Assembly (NCBI GenBank): GCA_043825875.1
Contig: JBDRRF010000079.1
Location: 224,353-288,352, forward strand
Source of the DNA: Pseudomonadota bacterium
GTDB taxonomy: Bacteria; Desulfobacterota; Desulfobacteria; Desulfobacterales; RPRI01
Reading direction: 5' to 3'
Length of the DNA: 64,000 nucleotides
A model generated the notes under the pieces. The model ran no database searches and had not been told where the DNA came from. It saw only the letters and a list, made by a program, of their open reading frames with translations. Below, piece by piece: positions 42,081 to 52,186 of this stretch. The position numbers and the translations under genes are program-made. The stretch's first letter is position 1. Each line of letters opens with the position of its first letter.

Positions 42081-42247
42081 CGCAGTTCTCCTTAATTTGA
42101 TAATGTAAGCACACAAATCATTATCAAATAAAAAATTATAGGTATAAGTGTCAAGTAAAAAAGATAAAAGGCATGCAAAATACGAATTGTTTGGGAAATA
42201 TTTTTATACCGGAGTGGTTTTTTGTCTTTGGAACCATAATTTTATAA

Positions 42248-42940
42248 TCATCTTATAATACACTCATTAACAAAAGGTTTTGCCGCCAATTCCATCTTAA
42301 AAAACTCTTCTTCAGTCAATTCGCAATCTTTGGTGTTGAAAAACTCCGGCATAAGCACATTGTTGTTATGAAAATGCTGAAGTACATACCGGTTTGCGCC
42401 TGAAATTAAATGAGATATTTTTTCGATAACAGATACATCGACAAACGGCCTAACCGATGTAGTCCTGAATTCATATTTAATTTTTGAATTCATTATGATT
42501 TGAATACTGGATAATATTTTTACATAGTCAAAACCGGACGCAGTAAAATAAGAATACCTGGAAGGGTCTGTTTTTATATCCATTGCAATATAATCTATAA
42601 GCTCTTCATCTATCAGACTTTTTATAACCTCAGGATTACTTCCGTTTGTATCAAGTTTAACACAGTAACCCATCGCCTTAATCTTTTTACAGATAAAATT
42701 TATATCACTGTGCAGGGTGGGCTCTCCGCCGGAAACAACAACACCATCTAAGAAATTCTTGTGGCTTTCCAAAAAATCAAAGATTTCCGTTTCTTTTAAG
42801 CAAGCAGTTGGTTTATTATTTGCGAGTTGCGGATTATGGCAATAAGGACAAGCAAAATTACAACCCGAAGAAAAAAGGACGCAGCTTATTTTTCCAGGAT
42901 AATCGATTAATGAATTTTTTTGAATGCCGCCTATTTTCAT
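42248..42940 (-). CDS. nrdG: Anaerobic ribonucleotide reductase activating radical SAM enzyme
   Basis: SLIDYPG, CNFACPYCHN, SGGEPT; downstream of nrdD. Confidence 0.92.
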   Translation of the reverse strand: MKIGGIQKNSLIDYPGKISCVLFSSGCNFACPYCHNPQLANNKPTACLKETEIFDFLESHKNFLDGVVVSGGEPTLHSDINFICKKIKAMGYCVKLDTNGSNPEVIKSLIDEELIDYIAMDIKTDPSRYSYFTASGFDYVKILSSIQIIMNSKIKYEFRTTSVRPFVDVSVIEKISHLISGANRYVLQHFHNNNVLMPEFFNTKDCELTEEEFFKMELAAKPFVNECIIR

Positions 42941-42976
42941 GACAAAAATCCTTTTTGTTAAATCGATTGTTTGTAA

Positions 42977-45184
42977 TTATATTGAGACCTGTGACCTTAG
43001 AATAGGTTCCTCATAGCAGCAATCAAGGTCGTTATCATCAGCTTTTGACTCCATCCCGGCAATAATTTTAGCTTCTTCATCTTCAGATGGCAGTACATAG
43101 ATTTTTCTCATTTTATATTCAGCTTGCTTCCCGTTGTTCCATTGCTTTACCGGTCGCAGATATCCTACAACCCTTGAATAGACTTCCGTTTGGGCATCAC
43201 AGGTCGGACATTGTTCCTGCTCCCCATTCAGATACCCGTGTGAAGGACACACGCTAAATGTTGGGGTAAGAGTAAAATAGGGAAGATGAAAATTGGTTGA
43301 TATTTTTCTGATAAGTCCTTTTATTATTGTAATATCTGATATGAGTTCTCCTAAAAACAGATGCAGTACTGTGCCACCGGTATATTTTGACTGAAGGCTA
43401 TCCTGTAATTGTAATGTTTCATATATATCGTCCGTATAATTAACAGGTAGTTGTGTTGAATTTGTATAAAACGGTGCTGCCCCGTTTTTATAATCCTCTT
43501 CATTGGCACATATAATATCGGGCATATCATGCTTGTCTTTCATGCACAAACGATAAGATGTACCTTCTGCCGGAGTAGCTTCAAGATTGTAAAGATCTCC
43601 TGTTTCTTCCTGTGATTCAGAAAGCATATTGCGTATAAAATCCATAACCCTTAAGGAAAATTCCAGACCTTTTTTACTTGCTATATCTACCCCTATAAAA
43701 TTAAGGCAAGCTTCGTTCATGCCGATTATTCCGATTGTAGAAAAGTGATTTTTCCAGTAAAGACCTGTTCCGTTTTTAACATCTCTTAGATAGAATTTTG
43801 AGTAAGGATAGAGATTCTTTTCAGTAAACTTTTCTAAGATCTTTCTTTTTATAGAAAGGCTTTGTGTTGCGACATTGATTTTTTCTTTAAGATGCCCGAA
43901 AAATTCATCTTCAGTTTCAGCAATATAGCCTATCCTCGGAAGATTTATTGTAACAACTCCTATAGAGCCGGTAAGCGGGCTTGCTCCGAACAGGCCGCCA
44001 CCTCTTTTTAATAGCTCTCTGTTGTCAAGGCGCAGCCTGCAGCACATAGATCTTGTGTCTTCAGGAGAAAGATCGGAATTAACAAAATTTGAAAAATAGG
44101 GTATCCCATATTTGCCGGTCATTTTCCAAACCGTATCAAGGTTTGGATTGTTCCAGTCAAAATCGGCGGTAATACTATAAGTTGGAATAGGAAATGTGAA
44201 TACCCTTCCCTTTGCATCCCCTTCCATCATTACTTCGGCAAAAGCTCTGTTTAGCATATCCATTTCAGGTTGAAAATCGGAATATGTTTCCTCGCGCTCT
44301 TTCCCTCCTACTATTACAGGATGATCTTTTAATATTGATGGAACAAAAAGATCCAATGTAATATTGGTAAAAGGCGTCTGAAAGCCAACTCGTGTAGGAA
44401 TATTTATGTTAAATACAAATTCCTGCATTGCCTGCTTTACTTCATTGTATTTAAGTCCGTCAAATCGTATAAAAGGAGCAAGAAGAGTATCGAAATTTGA
44501 AATAGCCTGGGCGCCGGCTGCTTCACCCTGAAGTGTATAGAAAAAATTGACAACTTGCCCAAGTGCGGATCGTAAGTGGTTGGGTGGAGCACTTTCCACT
44601 TTTCCCTCCACACCCCTGAATCCTTTTACAAGAATATCTTTTAAATCCCATCCTACACAGTAAACCGACAAAAGGCTTAGATCGTGTATATGTATGTCAC
44701 CTTTTTTATGAGCATCTCTTATTTCAGGAGGATAAATCTTGTTAAGCCAGTATTCTGAGGTTACATCAGATGATATGTAATTATTCAGTCCCTGCAAAGA
44801 ATAACACATATTGCTGTTTTCCTTGATTTTCCAATCAAGCTTTTGGATGTAATGCTCCACAAGATCAATATTGGCATCGGTTGCAATACTTCGTATCTGT
44901 GCATGCTGCTCCCTGTAAATAATATAGGCTTTTGCCGTTTTGTAGAACGTAGAATCCAGGAGCACACGTTCAACAATATCTTGTATTCCTTCAACATCCG
45001 GAATTGGCCCGAGGCGGATTTCATGGGCAAGTGTTAGAACCCTGAGTGTAAGTTTTCTTGCATCTCTTTCTTCAAATTCACCAGTTGCTTTTCCTGCTAT
45101 AACCAATGCAGCCGTAATTTTAGATGAATCAAAATCAACAATTCTGTTGTCACGTTTTCTGATTTTTTCAAACACTTGCACCAC
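42977..45184 (-). CDS. nrdD: Class III anaerobic ribonucleoside-triphosphate reductase with ATP cone
   Basis: ATP cone, SMCCRL, EATPAEG, Zn site C..H...C..C, glycyl radical loop YSRVVGYLRP. Confidence 0.95.
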   Translation of the reverse strand: MVQVFEKIRKRDNRIVDFDSSKITAALVIAGKATGEFEERDARKLTLRVLTLAHEIRLGPIPDVEGIQDIVERVLLDSTFYKTAKAYIIYREQHAQIRSIATDANIDLVEHYIQKLDWKIKENSNMCYSLQGLNNYISSDVTSEYWLNKIYPPEIRDAHKKGDIHIHDLSLLSVYCVGWDLKDILVKGFRGVEGKVESAPPNHLRSALGQVVNFFYTLQGEAAGAQAISNFDTLLAPFIRFDGLKYNEVKQAMQEFVFNINIPTRVGFQTPFTNITLDLFVPSILKDHPVIVGGKEREETYSDFQPEMDMLNRAFAEVMMEGDAKGRVFTFPIPTYSITADFDWNNPNLDTVWKMTGKYGIPYFSNFVNSDLSPEDTRSMCCRLRLDNRELLKRGGGLFGASPLTGSIGVVTINLPRIGYIAETEDEFFGHLKEKINVATQSLSIKRKILEKFTEKNLYPYSKFYLRDVKNGTGLYWKNHFSTIGIIGMNEACLNFIGVDIASKKGLEFSLRVMDFIRNMLSESQEETGDLYNLEATPAEGTSYRLCMKDKHDMPDIICANEEDYKNGAAPFYTNSTQLPVNYTDDIYETLQLQDSLQSKYTGGTVLHLFLGELISDITIIKGLIRKISTNFHLPYFTLTPTFSVCPSHGYLNGEQEQCPTCDAQTEVYSRVVGYLRPVKQWNNGKQAEYKMRKIYVLPSEDEEAKIIAGMESKADDNDLDCCYEEPILRSQVSI

Positions 45185-45446
45185 CTCTCTTAGTTTTGTC
45201 GATTTAAAGAAAATTGTTTCTGCCTATAAAAAAGAGACAAAAAATACCCGCCCGCTTCCAAGAAAAACAGAAAATACAAAATATATATAATAGTTAAGTG
45301 AATTAATAAAATACAAAGGATAAGATCAGTTTTTTAAATAGCTTTAAAAAAAACATTTCAATACAGCTTTATAGAAGTTATGATTTTTATGATAATAGGT
45401 ATAAGGGTTTATCTAATTAAAATTTAATTAGATGATATGTCTTAGT

Positions 45447-45493
45447 ACACAATATATAGTCGCTTGTCAACTATTTTATTCAATATATGGTAT
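45447..45493 (-). promoter_or_regulatory. Tandem NrdR boxes flanking the nrdD -35 element
   Basis: ACACAATATATAGTCG (45447) and ATTCAATATATGGTAT (45478), 31 nt apart; minus-strand TTGACA-17-TACTAA overlaps them. Confidence 0.8.
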
Positions 45494-45571
45494 TATTATA
45501 ATTAAAACGTAACTATTTCAAAGAACAGTAAAAAAAGATTTGAAGGTTGATTTTTTCAAAAAAAAGCCAAT

Positions 45572-45713
45572 GAGCCACTTTCAAAACGTTTCAGTTTGGT
45601 CAAGGTCAAGGCGGGTGAAAATTTTAACCGCAGGAATACATTAAGTATTTCGAGGATTATAATTTTCACCCAACGCAGAGATCGGCCAAAATGGGACGTT
45701 TTGAAACTGGCTC
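45572..45713. mobile_element. MITE copy B (inverted relative to A) with 4-bp target duplication CAAT
   Basis: TIR GAGCCACTTTCAAAACG / CGTTTTGAAACTGGCTC; CAAT on both sides. Confidence 0.85.
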
Positions 45714-45859
45714 CAATAAAAGCCGATTGTAAATTATTGCAATCCCATAAATTGTTACTATACTCAGATTGACAATGTGTCACAGTTCTGACAATTATAT
45801 AGTAATTTTAGCTGCTTTTTTATTGTGTTAATAATACAAACGTAACGGGATTTAAACAT

Positions 45860-47044
45860 ATGGAAAATACAACTTGTAAAGGATTTACAGCTTCCGGAGT
45901 AATCTCCGGTCTTAAAAAAAACGGGCGCAAAGATCTTGGCCTGATATATTCCGAAGTTCCTGCAAATGTTGCCGGAGTATTTACCAGAAATAAAGTCCAG
46001 GCTGCCCCGGTGGTTCTTGACAGGCAGAGAATCAAAGCAGGACTTTGCCAGGCAATTATTGCAAACAGCGGAAGCGCAAATTGCTGCACAGGAGACAAAG
46101 GCATGGAGGATGCCCTGTCCGAAGCCAAACTTGCGGCATCCGGTCTTAATATAGCCGAAGAAATGGTGCTTGTAGCCTCAACCGGTGTTATAGGAAAGCC
46201 ACTTGAGCTTGATAAAATAAAAAGTGCTGTTCCAAATCTTGTAAAATCACTCTCCGCTGACGGCATAAATGATTTTGCCCAGGCAATAATGACCACAGAC
46301 ACTGTTCCAAAGATAGCATCAGTAAAAGGTGAAGTCGGAGGGTGTAATTTTTATATAACCGGTGTTGCAAAAGGTGCCGGGATGATCTGCCCTGATATGG
46401 CCACAATGCTCTGCTTTATTATTACTGATATCAAAGCAGAATCAGATTATCTTAAAGAAGCACTTATATCTTCTACCAACAAATCTTTTAACAGGATAAC
46501 TATTGACGGCGACACAAGTACAAACGATACGGTTCTTATCATGGCAAACGGAATGTCAGGTATAAATACAGATAGCCTTTCCGAAAAAGAATATTTTCAA
46601 AAACTGCTTGATGAAGTTATGATCAAGCTTGCCAAAATGGTTGTAAAAGATGGTGAAGGTGCAACAAAACTGGTAGATATCACAGTTAACGGAGCTGCAA
46701 GCGAGAGTGATGCCAGAAAAATTGCAGGCGTTATAGCAAATTCAAACCTTGTTAAAACGGCTTTATTCGGAGAAGATGCAAACTGGGGAAGAATTCTGGC
46801 TGCAGCCGGAAGAGCCGGAGCAGAAATTAAACCTGAATCTGTGGATATTTATTTTGATAATGTGCTTATGGTAAAAAACGGCTGCGGCTGCGGAATTGAT
46901 GCTGAAGCAAAAGCAACAAAGGTTTTAAAAAAGTCTGAATTTACCATAATGCTTGATTTGAAATCGGGAAACGCAAATGCTTCGATTTTAACATGTGATT
47001 TTTCGATTGATTATGTCAAGATAAATGCCGATTACAGGTCGTGA
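45860..47044 (+). CDS. argJ: Bifunctional ornithine acetyltransferase/N-acetylglutamate synthase
   Basis: STGVIG, IMTTDT, KGAGMICPDMATML, DGDTSTND, DGEGATK, INADYRS. Confidence 0.97.
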   Translation: MENTTCKGFTASGVISGLKKNGRKDLGLIYSEVPANVAGVFTRNKVQAAPVVLDRQRIKAGLCQAIIANSGSANCCTGDKGMEDALSEAKLAASGLNIAEEMVLVASTGVIGKPLELDKIKSAVPNLVKSLSADGINDFAQAIMTTDTVPKIASVKGEVGGCNFYITGVAKGAGMICPDMATMLCFIITDIKAESDYLKEALISSTNKSFNRITIDGDTSTNDTVLIMANGMSGINTDSLSEKEYFQKLLDEVMIKLAKMVVKDGEGATKLVDITVNGAASESDARKIAGVIANSNLVKTALFGEDANWGRILAAAGRAGAEIKPESVDIYFDNVLMVKNGCGCGIDAEAKATKVLKKSEFTIMLDLKSGNANASILTCDFSIDYVKINADYRS

Positions 47045-47123
47045 TTTTTGCCGTTCAACTCTGGAGCTGATAGAAAAACTCACGCCTTCAGACGAATACT
47101 TCAATTCAATATTATTTATACAA

Positions 47124-47260
47124 AAGGGTTCAAGGATTCGAGGGTTCGAGTGAAATGGAAAATAAATTAAAGAATCAATTGATTGAAGAAAGTTTATTGC
47201 AGAAGTATGCAGGAGGCAATAAACACTTGACCCCTTGGTCCCTTGAATCCTTGAACCCTG
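47124..47260 (+). mobile_element. 8-nt-repeat-armed element, copy 3
   Basis: AAGGGTTC AAGGATTC GAGGGTTC GAGTGAAATG ... CACTT GACCCCTT GGTCCCTT GAATCCTT GAACCCTG. Confidence 0.7.
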
Positions 47261-47294
47261 ACAATCAGCTTTATCCGATGGCTTTGACTTTAAA

Positions 47295-47996
47295 ATGAGA
47301 CTTCAAAAATACTTATCTGCCGCAGGATTCTGTTCGAGAAGAAAGGGTGAACAGCTTATTCTATCCGGGCTTGTGAAAGTTAACGGCGTTGCAATAACTG
47401 CACTTGGAACAAAAATAGATCCTGAAAATGATGTGGTTGAAGTCGATGGAAACAAGATAGAATCAAAAGATGATTTAATTTATATAGCTCTTAATAAACC
47501 AAAAGGATATGTTACAACATGCAGAAGGGAAAGTAATAAAATTGTTTTAGATCTTGTTGATATTCCCCAGCGCATTTATCCTGTAGGCCGTCTGGATAAA
47601 GATTCAAGCGGACTTCTTCTTTTAACCAATGACGGCAGTTTGCATAATATTCTTTCACACCCATCTTTTGATCACGAGAAAGAGTATGAAGTTACCGTCA
47701 AATGGCCGATTACCGACAAGGCCCTTGATAAAATGAAAGAAGGGCTTTTTCTTATGGGAAGCAAAACAAGACCTGCCGAAATAATAAGAATTTCTCCTGA
47801 GCATTTTAATATCACACTTAAAGAAGGCCGTAACAGGCAAATACGCCGCATGGTCGTAAAAGTAGGAAACAAGGTTTTGAAGTTAAAAAGGATAAGAATC
47901 TCAGATATAAAACTGGGCAATCTTAAGGAAGGCGCATGGAGATATCTGAAGGAAAAAGAAAAAAAAACTTTGTTTAAAAATTATGCCTTAGAATAA
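47295..47996 (+). CDS. RsuA/RluB-family pseudouridine synthase
   Basis: S4 domain, NKPKG, GRLDKDSSGLLLLTND, EGRNRQIRRM. Confidence 0.95.
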   Translation: MRLQKYLSAAGFCSRRKGEQLILSGLVKVNGVAITALGTKIDPENDVVEVDGNKIESKDDLIYIALNKPKGYVTTCRRESNKIVLDLVDIPQRIYPVGRLDKDSSGLLLLTNDGSLHNILSHPSFDHEKEYEVTVKWPITDKALDKMKEGLFLMGSKTRPAEIIRISPEHFNITLKEGRNRQIRRMVVKVGNKVLKLKRIRISDIKLGNLKEGAWRYLKEKEKKTLFKNYALE

Positions 47997-48373
47997 TCCA
48001 TAGCTTTAAGACTTCTGACTATGAGTTTACCCAACAGATTTGTTTCCGGTTTTTATCTATTGGCATTAATGCCTATACCCTTATCTACTATAAATTCCAT
48101 TACATGAAAAATATCGGGTATTTACATTATATTTACTGCAATACTGGCTGTTTAGCCTTATATATTAGAGAATCTTTGCTGTATAATCGGACAATTAGAT
48201 TAGTTGACAAAATCAAAAACAAATGGTATTTCTATTTCGTAAGTATAGTATATTGCCAACAAGATAGTTTGCAAGGTTTATATAACAGAATTGAATATTT
48301 AAAGTACAACTTTGGCGCCTTACATTCTATTTAATACTATAGTTCTTTACCTTATAAATACTTATGAATCTAA

Positions 48374-49336
48374 TTGCAGGTAAATACAATGAATGTTAAA
48401 AGAGCCATAGCCCCGCAAATAGAAAAAAACGGATTGATTTTAATCGCATTTGCAATGGTAGCAATTTACTGGGTTATTGATTCTCTGGCATCCGGCCTTT
48501 TATTCCCACGCACTCTTATCGTAACTTTTGTCATTATATATGGGATTTTTACCCAGACTTTGATCAATTCCCGCAAAGCAGCTCTTGACGACAAAGAAAA
48601 AACACAACAGCAGTTGATACAGTCCGAAAGCCTTGCTGCAATCGGGCAACTTGTGGCAGGAATTGCACATGAATTAAACAATCCCCTCTCCAGTACTGCA
48701 AGCTTTATCCAAAGCGATATCGAATTGATTAATGAACAGGAAGATAAAAGAGAGATTGATCATGAAATACTGGCTGATCTTGAATTTTCATTAAAGGAAT
48801 TAAACAGGGCCGAAACAATAGTTAAAAGCGTTTTGGGCCTGTCCCGCCAGACGCAGACATATGCCGAAAATGTGAATCTTAATAAAATACTCGAAGATAC
48901 CTTAAGAATACTTCACAATCAGTATAGTTCTTCCGATATAACAATTGTAAAAGATTTTGATAATAATTTGCAGGACATTAACGGTAATTTTGCAAATCTT
49001 GGGCAGGTGTTTATCAATATAATACAAAATGCTCTACAGGCATTGCCGGACAACAAAGGATTTATATATTTAACTACAAGATATAATAACAATACAAATT
49101 GTATTGAAATAGAGTGCCGTGATACGGGAGAAGGAATCCCAAGCGAAGATATCAAAGATATATTCAAGCCATTTTATACAACAAAAGAAGTTGGGAAAGG
49201 ATCAGGCTTAGGATTATATATATCTCATGAAATTATAAAAAAACATGGGGGCCTTATCACTGTTAGCAGCAATAAAGATAAGGGCACAACCTTTTTAGTA
49301 GCGCTTCCGGCCAGAGGAGAAAAAGAAGATGAATAA
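48374..49336 (+). CDS. Membrane histidine kinase (NtrB-like) with minimal two-TM sensor
   Basis: GIAHELNNPL, N box, DTGEGI, FYTTK, GSGLGL. Confidence 0.93.
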   Translation: MQVNTMNVKRAIAPQIEKNGLILIAFAMVAIYWVIDSLASGLLFPRTLIVTFVIIYGIFTQTLINSRKAALDDKEKTQQQLIQSESLAAIGQLVAGIAHELNNPLSSTASFIQSDIELINEQEDKREIDHEILADLEFSLKELNRAETIVKSVLGLSRQTQTYAENVNLNKILEDTLRILHNQYSSSDITIVKDFDNNLQDINGNFANLGQVFINIIQNALQALPDNKGFIYLTTRYNNNTNCIEIECRDTGEGIPSEDIKDIFKPFYTTKEVGKGSGLGLYISHEIIKKHGGLITVSSNKDKGTTFLVALPARGEKEDE

Positions 49337-50324
49337 CATTTTGGTCGTTGATGATGAAGAAGGCATAAGGATCGCTTTGAAAAAAGTCCTGAAAAAAGAT
49401 GGTTATGAAGTTTTTTTAGCTGAAAGCGGGACCGAAGCTATAGATATTGTAAAAAAGCACATCAATGAAATAGAAACAGTAATCTCTGATTTTAAAATGC
49501 CCGGGCTAGACGGTCTGGAAACTCTCCAGCAAATCGGCAGAATTAACCCGGAAATTATAAAAATTATTTTAACCGGATATGCAACTCTTGAACGAGCCAT
49601 TGAAAGTGTCAATTCAGATATAGACGGATTTCTGACAAAACCTTTTGACAATAATATAATCAAACTTAAAATCAAGGAATTCCATGTAAAAAAAAGATTA
49701 AAACAATTTGTTCCATTCCAGATCCTTGAAGAGCTTCAGAAGTACGGTAACGGCTTAACTCCAAAAAATCAGAAAGTATCCATTCTTTTTACCGATATTC
49801 GTGATTTTTCCGGAATATCTAAGAGAATAAGTACTCTTGAGTTAGCTGAACTCTTAAACCTGCATTATTTTTATCCTCTTGATAATATCATTTTCGAATT
49901 CAACGGCACACTTGATAAACATATAGGAGACAGCATTATGGGAATATTCGGAGCGCCGATAGTTCGCGAAGATGACCCTTTCAGAGCTGTTTCCTGTGCA
50001 ATTAAGATGCGGGAAAAAGTCGCTGAAATAAATCGTGAAATTAAAAATAAAAATTTAAGAATACCTGTTGGGTATGGAATCAGTACCGGAGAAACTATGG
50101 TAGGAATATTTGGATCAGCCATCAGGAAAGAATATACCGCACTTGGTCAAGCAGTAAATTTTGCTGCGCATCTTGAACAGATTGCCAAAGAAGATCAAAT
50201 TCTTATCTGCCATGAAACATATAAGGCTGTTAAAGATTTTTTTAAGTTTGAATTGATTGATGGATTAATTATAAAAGGCATGGAAGGTGAAGGATCTATA
50301 TATAATGTTCTCGGAGCGCTTTAA
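49329..50324 (+). CDS. Response regulator receiver fused to class III adenylate cyclase
   Basis: VVDDE, SDFKMP, KPF; cyclase FTDIRDFS, DKHIGD, EYTALGQAVN. Confidence 0.92.
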   Translation: MNNILVVDDEEGIRIALKKVLKKDGYEVFLAESGTEAIDIVKKHINEIETVISDFKMPGLDGLETLQQIGRINPEIIKIILTGYATLERAIESVNSDIDGFLTKPFDNNIIKLKIKEFHVKKRLKQFVPFQILEELQKYGNGLTPKNQKVSILFTDIRDFSGISKRISTLELAELLNLHYFYPLDNIIFEFNGTLDKHIGDSIMGIFGAPIVREDDPFRAVSCAIKMREKVAEINREIKNKNLRIPVGYGISTGETMVGIFGSAIRKEYTALGQAVNFAAHLEQIAKEDQILICHETYKAVKDFFKFELIDGLIIKGMEGEGSIYNVLGAL

Positions 50325-50377
50325 ATAACGAAATACTCTTCAGTTAAAGGTACCCATACGATAACATGACCGGATAC

Positions 50378-50428
50378 AAAAAAGCCCCATTCTTCAAATG
50401 GTTGAAGCACGGGGCTTTTGTTTTTTTT
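50378..50428 (+). terminator. Intrinsic terminator
   Basis: AAAAGCCCC...GGGGCTTTT stem followed by a T-run. Confidence 0.75.
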
Positions 50429-50498
50429 AAATATCACAAACTATCAAATTTTCATAGTACCCATGAGAGGCTAAAGGTATATTTTCCATGGAGAGGCA

Positions 50499-51131
50499 AT
50501 GACAGAAATATTGAGTGATTTTCAGGCGGCTTTATTGTCGGTAGATATTATTAAGGCCAGACGGCTACTGGCTGAAGCAATGACCAATACGACTGCAGAT
50601 CAGCTTTTCGAAACGGTAATTGTAAGCGCGCTTGAAAATATTGGAAAGGGCTGGGAAGCAGGGCATTATGCGCTCGCGCAGGTTTATATGAGCGGAAGGA
50701 TTTGTGAAGAACTGGTTGATACTCTGCTGCCAAAAGAAGACAGGAAGAAAAATATTGCAACCAAAATGGCAATAACCACGCTCAACGACTATCATGCCCT
50801 CGGCAAGCGTATTGTTTATTCAGCGCTTCGTGCAGGCGGGTTTGATCTGCGGGACTATGGAAGGCTCGGCGTTGAAGGTCTTGTTAAAAAGATAATGGAT
50901 GACGGCCTTGATGTTATCCTTATTTCCGTATTAATGTTTCCCTCGGCGCTGCATGTAAAGGATATCAGAGAACAGCTCGATAAAAATGGATACACGGTGA
51001 AGATAGTGGTCGGCGGCGCTCCGTTCAGGCTTGACCCTCACCTTTGGCACCAGGTTGGGGCCGACGCTGTCGGATATACTGCATCTGACGCAATAAAGAT
51101 CGTTCAATCTATATATGGAGAAATCGCATGA
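50499..51131 (+). CDS. Corrinoid (B12-binding) protein, MtaC/MttC-like
   Basis: Cap domain LENIGKGWE; DYHALG (DxHxxG), ISVLM, VGGAP, GADA. Confidence 0.9.
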   Translation: MTEILSDFQAALLSVDIIKARRLLAEAMTNTTADQLFETVIVSALENIGKGWEAGHYALAQVYMSGRICEELVDTLLPKEDRKKNIATKMAITTLNDYHALGKRIVYSALRAGGFDLRDYGRLGVEGLVKKIMDDGLDVILISVLMFPSALHVKDIREQLDKNGYTVKIVVGGAPFRLDPHLWHQVGADAVGYTASDAIKIVQSIYGEIA

Positions 51132-52186
51132 TGGCTACCCCCTCGATGACCTCATTGCAGCGGGTTCTTACCACTTTGGGGCACAAGGAACCTGATCGTG
51201 TCCCTTTTTTCCTCCTGCTGACCATGCACGGGGCAAGGGAACTTGGCGTGTCGATTCAAGAGTATTTCTCAAACGCCGAATCTGTTGCCTTGGGACAGCT
51301 TCTGATGAGGAAGAAATACCGGCATGATTGTCTCTACAGCTTTTTTTATGCCGCAGTGGAATTCGAGGCCTGGGGTGGAAATGTTATTTATGTAGATGAT
51401 GGCCCTCCGAATGCAGGCGCACCTTTTATAAGGAAACCCGATGACATTACACGATTGACACTGCCTCGCGTTAAAGACATCCCCTGCCTGATAAAGGTGC
51501 TCAAGGCCACCCAAATGATAAAAGAAGATATCGGTGAGGAGGCCCCGATCATCGGGGTTGTAATGTCTCCTTTTTCCCTGCCTGTAATGCAAATGGGGTT
51601 TTCCTCCTATATCGATCTGATCTATGAACAACCCCAACTGTTCGAGCAGCTAATGAAAATCAACCAGGAATTCTGCGTCGAATGGGCAAATGCACAACTT
51701 GGGGCAGGTGCGACGGCCATTTGTTATTTCGATCCGGTGTCCTCCCCAACCATTGTTCCCCGGGAGCTTTACCTGAAAACCGGATTTGCCATCGCAAAGA
51801 GCACACTCTCGCGCATCAAAGGACCGACAGCCACCCATATGGCTTCAGGCCGATGCCTGCCTATTGCCGAAGACCTTGCCCTCACCGGGACGGCTGCCAT
51901 AGGAGTCAGCGAACTGGAGGACCTGGAAGACATCAAAAACAAATACAGGGGAAAGCTGGCCGTTATAGGAAATCTAAATGGCATAGAAATGGCGCGCTGG
52001 GATACAGGACAGGCAGTGTCAGCTGTAAAGCAAGCCATTACAAAGGCAGGCCCAGGAGGGGGTTTTATCCTGTCGGACAATCATGGCGAGATACCGTGGC
52101 AAGTACATGAAGATGTGCTGATGGCCCTGTCAGAGGCTGTTGAAACCTATGGCCGCTATCCGATTGTCCCAGGAGAAATGGCATGA
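51128..52186 (+). CDS. URO-D superfamily methylcobamide methyltransferase (MT2/MtaA-like)
   Basis: EPDRVP, EAWG, FDP, GNL, GGFILS; ATGA overlaps with both neighbours. Confidence 0.88.
   Translation: MMATPSMTSLQRVLTTLGHKEPDRVPFFLLLTMHGARELGVSIQEYFSNAESVALGQLLMRKKYRHDCLYSFFYAAVEFEAWGGNVIYVDDGPPNAGAPFIRKPDDITRLTLPRVKDIPCLIKVLKATQMIKEDIGEEAPIIGVVMSPFSLPVMQMGFSSYIDLIYEQPQLFEQLMKINQEFCVEWANAQLGAGATAICYFDPVSSPTIVPRELYLKTGFAIAKSTLSRIKGPTATHMASGRCLPIAEDLALTGTAAIGVSELEDLEDIKNKYRGKLAVIGNLNGIEMARWDTGQAVSAVKQAITKAGPGGGFILSDNHGEIPWQVHEDVLMALSEAVETYGRYPIVPGEMA

Noticed and set aside
50430..50498. c-di-GMP or cobalamin riboswitch upstream of the corrinoid operon
   Set aside because: No GAAA tetraloop/receptor GEMM pattern or B12 box; the region after the terminator is too short.
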